DNA of 63,998 nt, the filler included, from Sandaracinaceae bacterium (GTDB lineage: Bacteria > Myxococcota_A > Polyangia > Polyangiales > JADJQN01): NCBI GenBank assembly GCA_947483975.1. It is 12 parts of 12 records of this genome, joined end to end, with 100 filler letters (N's around TTAATTAATTAA, not from the genome) between each part and the next. Parts side by side here need not be neighbours in the genome. Positions count along the whole stretch, not along the records: positions 48,362 to 53,578 come from CANKOL010000368.1; positions 53,679 to 58,885 come from CANKOL010000369.1; positions 58,986 to 63,998 come from CANKOL010000380.1; 9 more parts are not named here. One strand, written 5' to 3'. The notes beneath the pieces are model-generated. The model was not told where the DNA came from, did no database searches, and saw nothing but the letters and a program-made list of their open reading frames with translations. The position numbers were made by a program, and so were the translations under genes. Within the stretch, counting starts at the first letter, position 1. Each line of letters opens with the position of its first letter. Positions 51,996-61,452 of this stretch are shown piece by piece.

Positions 51996-53107
51996 GGGAA
52001 CCTCCGCAGCACGAGCGTCGAGACCAGCAGCTCGAGCAGCAGCAGCAAGAGCGCCGGCGCGACGAACGCCGGGAAGAGCTCGCCGTAGACGCGCCCCGTG
52101 TCCTCGATGACGCTGCGCTCGAGCCGGTCGAGGATCGTGTGGAAGCTCCGCTCGAGCCCCTGTCGATCGGTCGCGCGGAACGCCTCGCCGCCCGTGCGCC
52201 GCGCCATCGAGAGGAGCAGCTCGGGGTTGATCGGGAAGCTGCCACGGTCGAAGATCGGCCGCCCGAAGAAGTCCACGCCCTGCTGCACGCGCGCGTCCGC
52301 CGCCTCGCCCATCAGCACCGTGTAGACCTTGACGCCCATCGTCTTGGCGAAGTCCGCCGCTTGATCGGGCGAGACGTTGCCGCTGTTGGAGTCGCCGTCG
52401 GTCAGCAAGATGACGACCTTGCTCTTCGCGTCGCTCTTGCGCAGGCGGTTCAGCGAGACGCCGATCGCGTTGCCGATCGCGGTGCCGCGCCCCTCGATCA
52501 TGCCGAGCTGCAGCTCGTCGATCATGCCGCGCAGCGCCTCGTGATCGGAGGTCAGCGGCAGCAGCGTGTACGCCTCGCGCCCGAAGATCACCGACCCGAT
52601 GCGGTCGTTCGGGCGGCGGCGGATGAAGTCGTCGACGACGACCTTCGTCGCGTCGAAGCGGTTCGGCTGGATGTCGCCGGCTTGCATCGAGAGCGAGCAG
52701 TCGAGCGTCAGCACGATGTCGATGCCCTGCACGTCGGTGCGGTCCCGCGCGTGGATCGACTGCGGGCCCATCAGCGCCGCGGCGAGCAGCGTCACCGACA
52801 CCACGCGGAGCCCGGTCGGCAGCCCGGTCAGCCAGGTGCGCCAGCCGGGCTGGAGCCTCGCGAGCTCGAGCCCGCGCGAGACGAGCAGGCGCGGCGAGCG
52901 CGACTCGGTGAGCCAGCCGCGCGCCGCGAGCACGAGCAGCGCCGCCGGCAAGAGCAGCCCCGCCCACGGTCGCTCGAAGCGGAACTGCCCGGTCAGCAGC
53001 GGCACCCCGAACACCGCCTCGACGACGTAGGCGACGGCGTAGCCGACCGGCAGGAAGACGCCGAGCGTCCACAGCACCGGCGCGAGCAGCTTGAGCGCGC
53101 GCCTCAT
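51992..53107 (-). CDS. batA: BatA-like vWA protein
   Basis: GIDIVLTLDCSLSM, DRIG, PLTSD, GTAIG, LLTDG, TGG.AFRA. Confidence 0.9.
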   Translation of the reverse strand: MRRALKLLAPVLWTLGVFLPVGYAVAYVVEAVFGVPLLTGQFRFERPWAGLLLPAALLVLAARGWLTESRSPRLLVSRGLELARLQPGWRTWLTGLPTGLRVVSVTLLAAALMGPQSIHARDRTDVQGIDIVLTLDCSLSMQAGDIQPNRFDATKVVVDDFIRRRPNDRIGSVIFGREAYTLLPLTSDHEALRGMIDELQLGMIEGRGTAIGNAIGVSLNRLRKSDAKSKVVILLTDGDSNSGNVSPDQAADFAKTMGVKVYTVLMGEAADARVQQGVDFFGRPIFDRGSFPINPELLLSMARRTGGEAFRATDRQGLERSFHTILDRLERSVIEDTGRVYGELFPAFVAPALLLLLLELLVSTLVLRRFP

Positions 53108-53578
53108 GAGGGCGCCCCCTCGCCGCGCCGCGTCGGCATCTCGTACACGCTCTTGCGCACGGGCATATCGGGCTGCGGCGTCTCGTGCAGGTGCTCGAGG
53201 GTCACGCTCACGCGCATCCCGCGCGCCGTGCGGACCTCGCGCAGCGCCGTCGCGAGACGCGCGAGCGTGCCGATGATGGCCTCCCGCGCGGCGCCGTCGT
53301 CGGGTAGCTCAGGCGCGAGGAACACGCGCACCGCGCCAGAGAAATTGATGTCGGTCGCGTGCGCCTGGAGCGCGGCGTGGACCGCCGGCTCGAGCGCGCG
53401 CGACACCGAGAACGCCGAGCGCGGCGCCATCGTGACGACGAGGCTGCCGTCCGTCTGCGCGGTCACGCGCGCGTCGTCCTCGCCGTCGATCCCTGCGCGG
53501 TCGCGCGCTGCCGCCGGTGACACGGGGGCGAGCCCCGGGACGTGCCCCGCGCGCATCGCACCGGGCACGGCCCCGGCC
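53104..53578 (-). CDS. hypothetical protein coupled to batA, 5'-partial
   Basis: ATGA overlap with batA start. Confidence 0.55.
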
Positions 53579-53678
53579 NNNNNNNNNNNNNNNNNNNNNN
53601 NNNNNNNNNNNNNNNNNNNNNNTTAATTAATTAANNNNNNNNNNNNNNNNNNNNNNNNNNNNNNNNNNNNNNNNNNNN

Positions 53679-53891
53679 CTCTCGGGCGCCGTCAGCGTCT
53701 GCGCGGACGATGACGCGGACGCGCTCGCCGCAGCGCTCGTCGCGATGCTCGCCGCGCCCGTCGCCGCGCGCGAGGTCGCCGCGCGCGGTCGCGCGTACGT
53801 GGCACGCGAACACTCCGCCGCGCGCTTTCTCACGACGCTCGCCGCGGTCACCGCGCGCGCGCTTGACGCCTCGCGGCGGCTCAGCACATAG
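53679..53891 (+). CDS. 3' end of GT4-like glycosyltransferase
   Basis: DDDADALAAALVAML..P..REVAARGRAYVAREHS. Confidence 0.65.
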   Translation, partial: LSGAVSVCADDDADALAAALVAMLAAPVAAREVAARGRAYVAREHSAARFLTTLAAVTARALDASRRLST

Positions 53892-53898
53892 CTCCGGC

Positions 53899-54102
53899 AT
53901 GAAGACTCACGAGCTCGAGGTCGATGGGATGTCGTGTCAGCACTGCGTGCGCTCGGTGCGAGAGGCGCTCGACGGAGTGTCCGGAATCTCACGCGCGGAC
54001 GTGAAGGTCGGCCACGTCAGCCTCGACGCCGAGGAGAGCGTCACGCTCGAGGCGATCGCGGCGGCGCTGATGAGCGTCGGCTTCCACGTCCGCGGCAACT
54101 GA
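53899..54102 (+). CDS. copZ: CopZ-like heavy-metal-associated chaperone
   Basis: VDGMSCQHCV, 67 aa, terminal GF. Confidence 0.88.
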   Translation: MKTHELEVDGMSCQHCVRSVREALDGVSGISRADVKVGHVSLDAEESVTLEAIAAALMSVGFHVRGN

Positions 54103-54107
54103 GCGCG

Positions 54108-55979
54108 TCAGGGCTCGGTGAGCAGCACGTCGCGATCGACCGCGACGTGCGCCTGCGTCGTCGTCGTCCCGTCGGGCCAGAGCACGGAGATGTCCACGGG
54201 CGCGCCGCCCGGCACCCCGAAGTGCACCCGCGGATCGAAGCTCCCGAGATAGCCCTCGCCGATCACATGAGAGCGCACGATCGTGCCGCTCGCGTGCGTC
54301 ACGGTGACGAGCGCGCCTGCTGCGCCGCGGTTCGCGCCGCGCCCTCGGAGCGCGACGCGCAGCCAGTGCCCGCGCGGCGGCCGCACGTTGTGCAGCACGA
54401 GCGGCGCGCCCGTGCGCGGCGCCATCACCACGTCGAGGCGACCGTCCTCGTCGAGGTCGACGAGCGCGACGCCGCGGTGCTGTCCGGGTAGGGCGAACGC
54501 GGGGCCCTCGGCGCTCGACCGCACCGCGAGCACGCCGCCGCGGTTCTCGTAGAGGTTCGGCGGCTGATCGGAAGGCCCGACGCCGTGCGTCGCCGCGAGC
54601 TCCGAGTCCAAGTAGACGTGCCCCGTCGCCTCGACGAGATCGAGGTCGCCGTCGAGATCGAAGTCGGCGAGCGCCGCGCCCCAGCGGAACGTGCGCTCTG
54701 TGACCGTGGTGCCGATGGTGCGCGCGCGGTCCTCGCAGAAGCCGTCGCGGCAGAGGTACACCGCCGTCGCGTCGAGCGCGTAGCTCGAGGTCACGTGATC
54801 GACGTTCCCGTCGCCGTCGACGTCCCCGGTGGACCAGCCCATCGTGTCCGTGCCGTAGCCGCGCTGGTTCGTCGCCAGCCCGATCAGCGCGGACACATCC
54901 GCGAAGGGCGCCGTCGGCGTCGCGCGCCGCAGCGGTCGGTCGTCGTACAGCGTGCCGTAGTCGTTGCCGATCCAGAGATCCACGGGCCCGCGTCCCTCCA
55001 TGCGCGCGATCCCGACGACGAGCGTCGGCTCAGCCCGCGCCGCGTCGGGCGCGCTGCGCAGCGTGTCGTCGACGTAGTCTCCGCTCGGCGTCCGGAGCAG
55101 CAGCACGTTCGGCACCCCCGGCAGGCGCCCGAGGTCCGTCGCGCACGGGAGCGCGCCGCAGTCCGCGGGCAGATGCGCGCGGTCGTCGTCGACGAAGCCC
55201 GCGACGAGGAGGTCCACGTCGCCATCGCCGTCCACGTCGCCCGCCGCCGCCGACATGTAGAGGTGCGTCGCGCCGACGGGCGGCAAGCGGCGAGTCTGGT
55301 CGACGAAGCTTCCCCCGACATTGAGGAAAAGCCGGATTTCACCGCGCCCAGGGACGAGCAGGTCATCGTCCCCGTCGCCGTCCGCGTCGAACGCGAGGCA
55401 CGCCATCGCGTCTCCGACGTCGCCGAGCCCCGCGGCGCTCGTGCGCTCCTCGTAGTCGAGCGGACCGCGCGCCACGAAGAGCCGCGAGCCGCCGGTCGCC
55501 GTCGGTCGCGCCGTGAAGAAGAGATCGAGCGGCGGCACGCCGTCGACATCGAGCACGCAGACCCCGCCGCTCATCCGGTCGGCGAGCGACGCCAGCGCCT
55601 CGCTCGGCGCGCGGTCGAAGCTGAGTCCGCTCGCGGCGCCGACCTCCTCGAACCACGGCACCTCGACGTCCGCGCCCGCATCCTCTCCGCCGTCCTCGGG
55701 CCCCGCCGCGTCGTCGGAGAGCGCCTGCGCGTCCTCGACCAGCGCGTCCTCGCCCGCGTCGTCGGGCCCCGCGTCCATCGCCGCGTCGCCCGCGTCCGGC
55801 GCGTGTCCGCCGGGCACCTCGCGTCCGCACGCTGCGAGCAGGAAGCAGGCGCCGAGCGCAGCCGAGCGCGCGACCCAAGGGCTGAGCGCAGCCGAGCAAA
55901 CGACCCAAGGGCTGAGCGCAGCCGAGCGCGCGACCCAAGGGCTGAGCGCAGCCGAGAGCGGCGAGCGCGGTCGGCGCAT
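54108..55979 (-). CDS. CRTAC1/ASPIC-UnbV FG-GAP repeat lipoprotein
   Basis: Repeated D.DGDGD.DL; HWLRVALRG..NR.A.GA.V; VHFG; lipobox LAAC. Confidence 0.9.
   Translation of the reverse strand: MRRPRSPLSAALSPWVARSAALSPWVVCSAALSPWVARSAALGACFLLAACGREVPGGHAPDAGDAAMDAGPDDAGEDALVEDAQALSDDAAGPEDGGEDAGADVEVPWFEEVGAASGLSFDRAPSEALASLADRMSGGVCVLDVDGVPPLDLFFTARPTATGGSRLFVARGPLDYEERTSAAGLGDVGDAMACLAFDADGDGDDDLLVPGRGEIRLFLNVGGSFVDQTRRLPPVGATHLYMSAAAGDVDGDGDVDLLVAGFVDDDRAHLPADCGALPCATDLGRLPGVPNVLLLRTPSGDYVDDTLRSAPDAARAEPTLVVGIARMEGRGPVDLWIGNDYGTLYDDRPLRRATPTAPFADVSALIGLATNQRGYGTDTMGWSTGDVDGDGNVDHVTSSYALDATAVYLCRDGFCEDRARTIGTTVTERTFRWGAALADFDLDGDLDLVEATGHVYLDSELAATHGVGPSDQPPNLYENRGGVLAVRSSAEGPAFALPGQHRGVALVDLDEDGRLDVVMAPRTGAPLVLHNVRPPRGHWLRVALRGRGANRGAAGALVTVTHASGTIVRSHVIGEGYLGSFDPRVHFGVPGGAPVDISVLWPDGTTTTQAHVAVDRDVLLTEP
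55851..55956. repeat. 30-bp tandem repeat x3.5 inside signal-peptide region
   Basis: Encodes SAALSPWVAR/SAALSPWVVC. Confidence 0.93.
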
Positions 55980-57040
55980 CACGCCTTCGTCGTCGCCGCG
56001 GGCGAGGTGCGCTGAGCGTCGCGCGCAGGGGCGTTGCCGAGCAGCACCGCGACCCACGCGAACTCCGGCGTGTGCGCGAGGACGATCTTCGCGCTCATCG
56101 TCAGCGGCACCGAGAGCAGCGCGCCGACGGGCCCCCACACCCAGCCCCAGAAGAACATCGACAAGAGCACGACGAGCGGCGAGAGGCCGAGCGCTCTGCC
56201 CATCACGCGCGGCTCGAGCACGTTGCCGATGAGCACGTTCAGCGCCGTGTAGAGCACGGCGAAGAGCGCCGCCGCGCCCGGCCCGTGCATCACCAGCGCG
56301 AGCGCGATCGGCGGTCCCGAGGCGATGATGCTGCCGATGGTCGGGATGAAGTTGAGCAGGAACGCGACCACGCCCCAGAGCACCGGGAAGTCGAGCTTGA
56401 AGGCGTGCGCGAGCCCGCCGACGACCAGGCCCGCGACGAGGTTGGAGGCCGTCTTGACGCCGAGGTACTTCTGTACCTCGTGCGCCGCCCGCTCGAGCCG
56501 CGCGAACTCCTCGTCTGCGTCCGGGAGCAGCGGGCGGAGCTTGTCGCCGAAGACGGTCGCCTCGAACATCAGAAATGCCGCGATCAGCAGCACGAAGAAG
56601 AGCTGCCCGATCACGTTCATCACGCTCTGCAACAGCGTGCCCGCGAGCGACATCACGGACGCCGGCTCGATCAGCGCGCCGATCCGTCCCGCGTCGAGGT
56701 CGGCGCCGCGCGCGTTGAGCGCGAGGATCGCCGCGTTGAGCATCGCCTTCGTCTGCGTCTGATAAGCCGGGAGCCGCGCCTGAAAGTCCTCGAGCACGCT
56801 CGCGAGCAGCAGCCCGAGCCCCACGACGAGCGCGATGTCGAGCACGACCACGACCAGCACGGCGAGGCCGCGCGGCACCCGCCGCGTGACGAGCAAGCGC
56901 ACGAGCGGATACGACACGACCGCCAGGAAGAACGCGAGCAGCAGCGGCTCGACGAGCGCCGCAGCAAGCCGCAGCCCCGCCACGAGCACAACCAGTGCCG
57001 CGAGGTGAAGTAAGAGGCGAGTGCCGTTGGCGGACGCCAC
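55979..57040 (-). CDS. AI-2E family transporter
   Basis: PLLLAFFLA, YLGVKT, FLLNFIPTIG, GNVLEPRVMG..LGLSP, GALLSVPLT. Confidence 0.93.
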   Translation of the reverse strand: MASANGTRLLLHLAALVVLVAGLRLAAALVEPLLLAFFLAVVSYPLVRLLVTRRVPRGLAVLVVVVLDIALVVGLGLLLASVLEDFQARLPAYQTQTKAMLNAAILALNARGADLDAGRIGALIEPASVMSLAGTLLQSVMNVIGQLFFVLLIAAFLMFEATVFGDKLRPLLPDADEEFARLERAAHEVQKYLGVKTASNLVAGLVVGGLAHAFKLDFPVLWGVVAFLLNFIPTIGSIIASGPPIALALVMHGPGAAALFAVLYTALNVLIGNVLEPRVMGRALGLSPLVVLLSMFFWGWVWGPVGALLSVPLTMSAKIVLAHTPEFAWVAVLLGNAPARDAQRTSPAATTKA

Positions 57041-57122
57041 GCAGCGGAGCCTAGCAGCGTTCCGTCGACACGCTGGATCACGCGTTGATTTCAGGAGAAT
57101 CGCGACTTCCGCCTGTGCGCCT

Positions 57123-57141
57123 GATCCGAAAATTTCGGATC
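57123..57141. promoter_or_regulatory. perfect palindrome GATCCGAAA-A-TTTCGGATC, putative operator
   Basis: 9-bp arms, 1-nt centre, between divergent genes. Confidence 0.5.
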
Positions 57142-57193
57142 GGCGTCGTCGGCCACATACCATTTCATTCGTGTTCCCCGAGTGCCTTCCCAC

Positions 57194-58885
57194 ATGGCGA
57201 TGACCGACCTCCGCCCCCTTCCAATGCGTGAGTCTGCGGAACGTACGAAGTCGCCCTCGAGCGACTCGACCGACCCCCGCGGCGCCCTCGTGTTGGCCCT
57301 CCTCGGAAGTTCCACCCCGGCGGAGTTGCCTCCGCTCGCCGACCTCGTCGCCGCGGTCGCGGACCTCGCCGAGGGCGCGCGCTCGAAGGTGATCCTGCCG
57401 CTCGGGAGTCGTCCTGCGGAGTACGCGCTCGTGCGGCGCGGAGACCACGCGCTCGTCAGTCACTACGAGACGGGCGGCGTGCCCGAGGTCGTCGTCCGCG
57501 ACCGGGTGGTGCCGCTGCGCGCGCTGCTCGCGACGTGCGCGTCCACGGCTCGCGCGCTCGCGCACCGGGAGGGCGATGGCGCGTCGGGTGACGCGTACGT
57601 CCGGCTCGCGGCGCGCTCTGAGGTCGCGGCGGCGTCGATGGTCGGAGACGCGCACGCGCACGCGGCGCCGGTCGAGGTCGTCGGCGGCTTCCAGGAGCAG
57701 CCCTCAGATCTCGTCGCGCTCGCGTTCGGCTTCTCTGCGCAGATCCTGCCGTCCGTCGATGGACTGCCCGAGGGCTCGGCGCGCGCCGACGTGCACGCGA
57801 CGCTCTTCGAGGGGCGTCTCTGGGCGTACTCGCGCGGTCGTCGCATCGCCCTCGCGCGCGGCCCGATCTTCCTGGTCGCTCATCGCCTCGTCGCCGCGGT
57901 GCGCGCGCTGATCGACGCCTGGGAGGCTGAGCGCGGCGTTCATGTACGGCTGCGCACCGGCTCCTTCGTCGTCGGGCTTCGCCTCGCGAAGGACGGCGAG
58001 GTCGCGCTCACGATCGGTGAGGGCACCGACGCGACGCTCACCGTGCCCGCGCTCGACGTGCCTGGCGCGGCAGAGCCTGTGCTGCGCCTCGCCACCGATC
58101 TGATGCGCGGGCTCGGCTCCGCAGACCGCGCACAGCTGCGCAATCTGCGCGTCACCGCGCTGCGCGACGAGGTCCGCGCGCTCCGCAAGATCCTGCGCAC
58201 GCGCACGCGCAAGGACGGCTTCGTCAACAGCAACCCCGACCGACTGCGCCTGTCGAGCCCCCCGAGCGCAGAGCCCGCGCCGAGCGCAGAGGCAGGCGCG
58301 CGCGCGCCGCTCCGCACGTCTCCGGCTGCCGCGATGGGCCGACTTCGCTACGCCGAGCGCTGGCGCACCGAGATCGAAGGGCTCGACGCCTCGACGACGT
58401 ACCTCTGCGGAGAGCGCGTCGTCGTGTCGACCGCGCGCCGCATCGTCGCGCTCTCGCGCGAGACCGGCGAGGTCGTCTGGGCTCGCCGCGCGCCGCGGGC
58501 CGCGTCGATGATGGTCGGCACTTCACTCTTGCGGCAGACGCCCGACGGCGCCGTCGAGGTCTGGGACATCGCCGAGGGCGAGGTGCTCGCCCGCACGCGC
58601 GTCGTGCCGCGCGCCGGAGGCGTCCCGGCGTGTTCGTTCGCGGGCGGTGGCGATCTGCCGCCGATGGCCATCCTCGCCGAGGGGCAGACGCGCCTCGTCG
58701 CGATCGATCTGCGCACGGGCGAGCTGCGCTGGCGCTTCCGCGCGCGGGGCGGCGCGTTCAAGCTGCGGCGCGCGGGGCGCATCTTGCTCGTCGTCTGCGG
58801 CGACGGCGCCGTGCACGCGCTCGACGTCGCGTCGGGCGAGGTCGTCTGGCGCTTCAGCGAGCCCGCGCGCTTCTCCCTCGCGCCC
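57194..58885 (+). CDS. PQQ-like beta-propeller protein with unknown N-terminal domain, 3'-partial
   Basis: ALSRETGEVVW, AIDLRTGELRW, ALDVASGEVVW repeats. Confidence 0.85.
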
Positions 58886-58985
58886 NNNNNNNNNNNNNNN
58901 NNNNNNNNNNNNNNNNNNNNNNNNNNNNNTTAATTAATTAANNNNNNNNNNNNNNNNNNNNNNNNNNNNNNNNNNNNNNNNNNNN

Positions 58986-59346
58986 CGCCGCCGCCACCGC
59001 CGCCCTCACCACGACCGCCGCCGAGCAGCATCACGTTGGTCGCGACGATCTCGGTGGTCGAGCGCTTGCCGCCATCCTTGTCCTCCCACTGCCGCGTCTG
59101 CAGGCGTCCCTCGACGCCGATGCTCCGGCCCTTGGCGAGGATCTTGTTCAAGGCTTCCGCCCGGTTGCCCCAGACCACGACCGTGTGCCACTCGGTCTTC
59201 TCCTGGCGCTGCCGGTTCTTGTCGACGTACGACTCGGTCGTCGCGATCCGCAGGCGCAGCACGGCCCCGCCGCCTTGCGTGTACTTGAGCTCGGGATCCA
59301 TCCCGAGGTTCCCGATCAGAATGACTTTGTTGAGACCTTCGCCCAT
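58986..59346 (-). CDS. ssb: single-stranded DNA-binding protein, 3'-partial
   Basis: NKVILIGNLG.DPE, TEWH, VEGRLQTR.W. Confidence 0.97.
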
Positions 59347-59422
59347 CGTCGCCTCGCTCGCTGCGTCTGGCTCGCTGCCAGTCGCGGGGGGGCGGCGACG
59401 ATACGATCGCCAGCCCAGCTAA

Positions 59423-60703
59423 TCAACGAGACGCAGCGTCCTTGGTCGAACTGACGGGAGGCTTCGCCGCGCGCGCGCTCGGACGCTTGGCGTCGGCGGG
59501 TCGGCGCTCCTCGGCGCGCACGACCGCCGCGAGGTCGGTCATCAGCCGCTCGCGCTCCTGCTCGTAGGTCTTCGGCCCGACCTCGTCCTTCGTGCGCTGA
59601 AGCTCGAGCGCCTCGAGCGCGTCGAGCACCTGCACCCTGCGGGTCGCGAGGGCGTCGCCGCTCTGCGCCCCGCCGGAGTTGACCGCGACGTAGACGCCGG
59701 CGATCGCCAGCAGCAGCGCGCCGACGGCCGCATACCAGCGCAGCGGACCAGGCGTCGGCAACCCCGAGAATTGCAGCCTCACGCTCTGCAGCGGGGGGTC
59801 CTGCGCGGTTCGCTCGAGGTCGGCGAGCCAGAGGCGCTTGCCCTCGCTCTCGACCACCTGCGTCCGCGAGAACTGCGAAGGCTGGGCGCCAGCGGCACCT
59901 GCGCCGCGCGACACAGCCTCGACGTCGAGCGACCCGCCCTCGGGCGCCTCCGAGATGACGCGGTACGAGTACGTGCGGAAGGGCACCGGCAGCTCGATCA
60001 CCTGCTGCGCCCCGGCGCGCGGCAGGTCGTAGGCCCAGGTCAGCACGACCGAACCCGGCGGCAGCGAGCCGTGGATTCGATAGCCTTGCGCGTCCGTCAG
60101 CAGCTTCTGGTCGGTCATCACCGCCTCGGTCTGCTGCCCCGTGAAGCCCGGCGGCAGCACGAGCGCTTGCCCGGCCTCCGGGAAGACGAACGTCGCCTGC
60201 CCGAGGTTCATCAGCTCGACGCTCTGCACGAGGTGCAGCCGCGCCTCGCGGAATTCGACCGAGACCTCGCCGTGCACGAGCAAGATCGAAGTCGGGTCCC
60301 GCGTCGTCGGCAGGCGCGTGATGCGCACGTCGAAGCCCGCGGTCGTCGGGAGCCGGAACGGCGTGGAGCTGTACAGCGCCCCTTCGAAGGGGAGATTCAC
60401 GCGATACGCCTCGACCGCGCCGGTCGCTCGCCCGCTGAACGTCGTGCGCCCCGTCGCGTCGGTGCGCTGCCGGAGTCGGTCCCGCGCGCCGCCCGCGCCC
60501 ATCAAGCCGACGTTGACCTCGGCGCCGTTCACGGGAGCGCCCGCCTGATCGACGACGGTCACCCGGATGCTGCCGACGGGCACTTCCATGCTCGCCTGCC
60601 CGGTGACGAGCTCTCGCTGCGCCGGAGGGGCGCCCTGCGCGCTGACGAGCTGCGGCGCCGCGCCGACCAGGGCGAGGACCCACAGGATGTGATGGAGCCT
60701 CAC
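59423..60703 (-). CDS. membrane-anchored protein with carboxypeptidase-regulatory-like Ig domain and CcmI-like tail
   Basis: Signal; V.VVDQAGAPVNGAEV, TDATGR; TM; LDALEALE...YEQERERL. Confidence 0.75.
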   Translation of the reverse strand: MRLHHILWVLALVGAAPQLVSAQGAPPAQRELVTGQASMEVPVGSIRVTVVDQAGAPVNGAEVNVGLMGAGGARDRLRQRTDATGRTTFSGRATGAVEAYRVNLPFEGALYSSTPFRLPTTAGFDVRITRLPTTRDPTSILLVHGEVSVEFREARLHLVQSVELMNLGQATFVFPEAGQALVLPPGFTGQQTEAVMTDQKLLTDAQGYRIHGSLPPGSVVLTWAYDLPRAGAQQVIELPVPFRTYSYRVISEAPEGGSLDVEAVSRGAGAAGAQPSQFSRTQVVESEGKRLWLADLERTAQDPPLQSVRLQFSGLPTPGPLRWYAAVGALLLAIAGVYVAVNSGGAQSGDALATRRVQVLDALEALELQRTKDEVGPKTYEQERERLMTDLAAVVRAEERRPADAKRPSARAAKPPVSSTKDAASR

Positions 60704-61452
60704 GACGCCTCCTCGCTCTCGCTCTTGCCGAGCCGCGCCGCGCACTTCTTGCAGAACACCGCGTCCGACTCGTTCAGCACCGCGCAGCTCGGGCACGGCA
60801 CCTTCGCCGGCGAAGCTGCGGCCCTCACCTTGGCCTCCGGCGCCGCAGCGCCCTCAGACTCCGGCGCCGCAGCGCCCTCAGACTCGGTCGAGTCCGCGTC
60901 GTCGTCCGACTCGACCGGCTCGCGCTCAGCCACCGGCGACTCCAACGGCTCGCGCTCCGCGGCCTCCGCCTCGTGCTCCGGCTCGGAACCGAGCGGCTCG
61001 CGCTCGAGCTCCGTCTCCGCGGCGGCCGACGACTTCGACGCCGACGCTGCCGCCGCGCGCTTCTTTCCGCGGGCCGTCTTCGGCGCCCCTGCGCCCTTGC
61101 CCCCGCGCGGCGCCCCGAGGCGGTCGCGCACGAGCTTCTCGGCCTTCTCGCGCCACGGGCCGAGGTCCTTGTCGAGCTCGCCCAGGACGTCCTTGGCGCG
61201 CGCGCGATAGGCGGCGTCGAGACGCTTCCAGTCCGCGTCGCTGATCTTCCCGACGGCTCGCTCGAATTCGATGTCCTTCAGCGCGGTCAGCAGCGAGTTC
61301 TTCTCGTCGATCAGCGCGGCGCGGTCGCCGCCGATCGCCGCAGAGATCTCGTCGACGCCGCGGCCGAAGAGCGCGCGCACGCTCTGCCAAAAGGCGATGA
61401 GCGCGAGCAGGATGAGGATGGAGGCGGAAACCAGCAATACGTTCGGAAGCAT
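60700..61452 (-). CDS. CcmI-like N-terminal domain plus zinc ribbon
   Basis: TM; LLTALKDIEFE..GKISD.D; CPSC...FCKKCA. Confidence 0.75.
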   Translation of the reverse strand: MLPNVLLVSASILILLALIAFWQSVRALFGRGVDEISAAIGGDRAALIDEKNSLLTALKDIEFERAVGKISDADWKRLDAAYRARAKDVLGELDKDLGPWREKAEKLVRDRLGAPRGGKGAGAPKTARGKKRAAAASASKSSAAAETELEREPLGSEPEHEAEAAEREPLESPVAEREPVESDDDADSTESEGAAAPESEGAAAPEAKVRAAASPAKVPCPSCAVLNESDAVFCKKCAARLGKSESEEAS

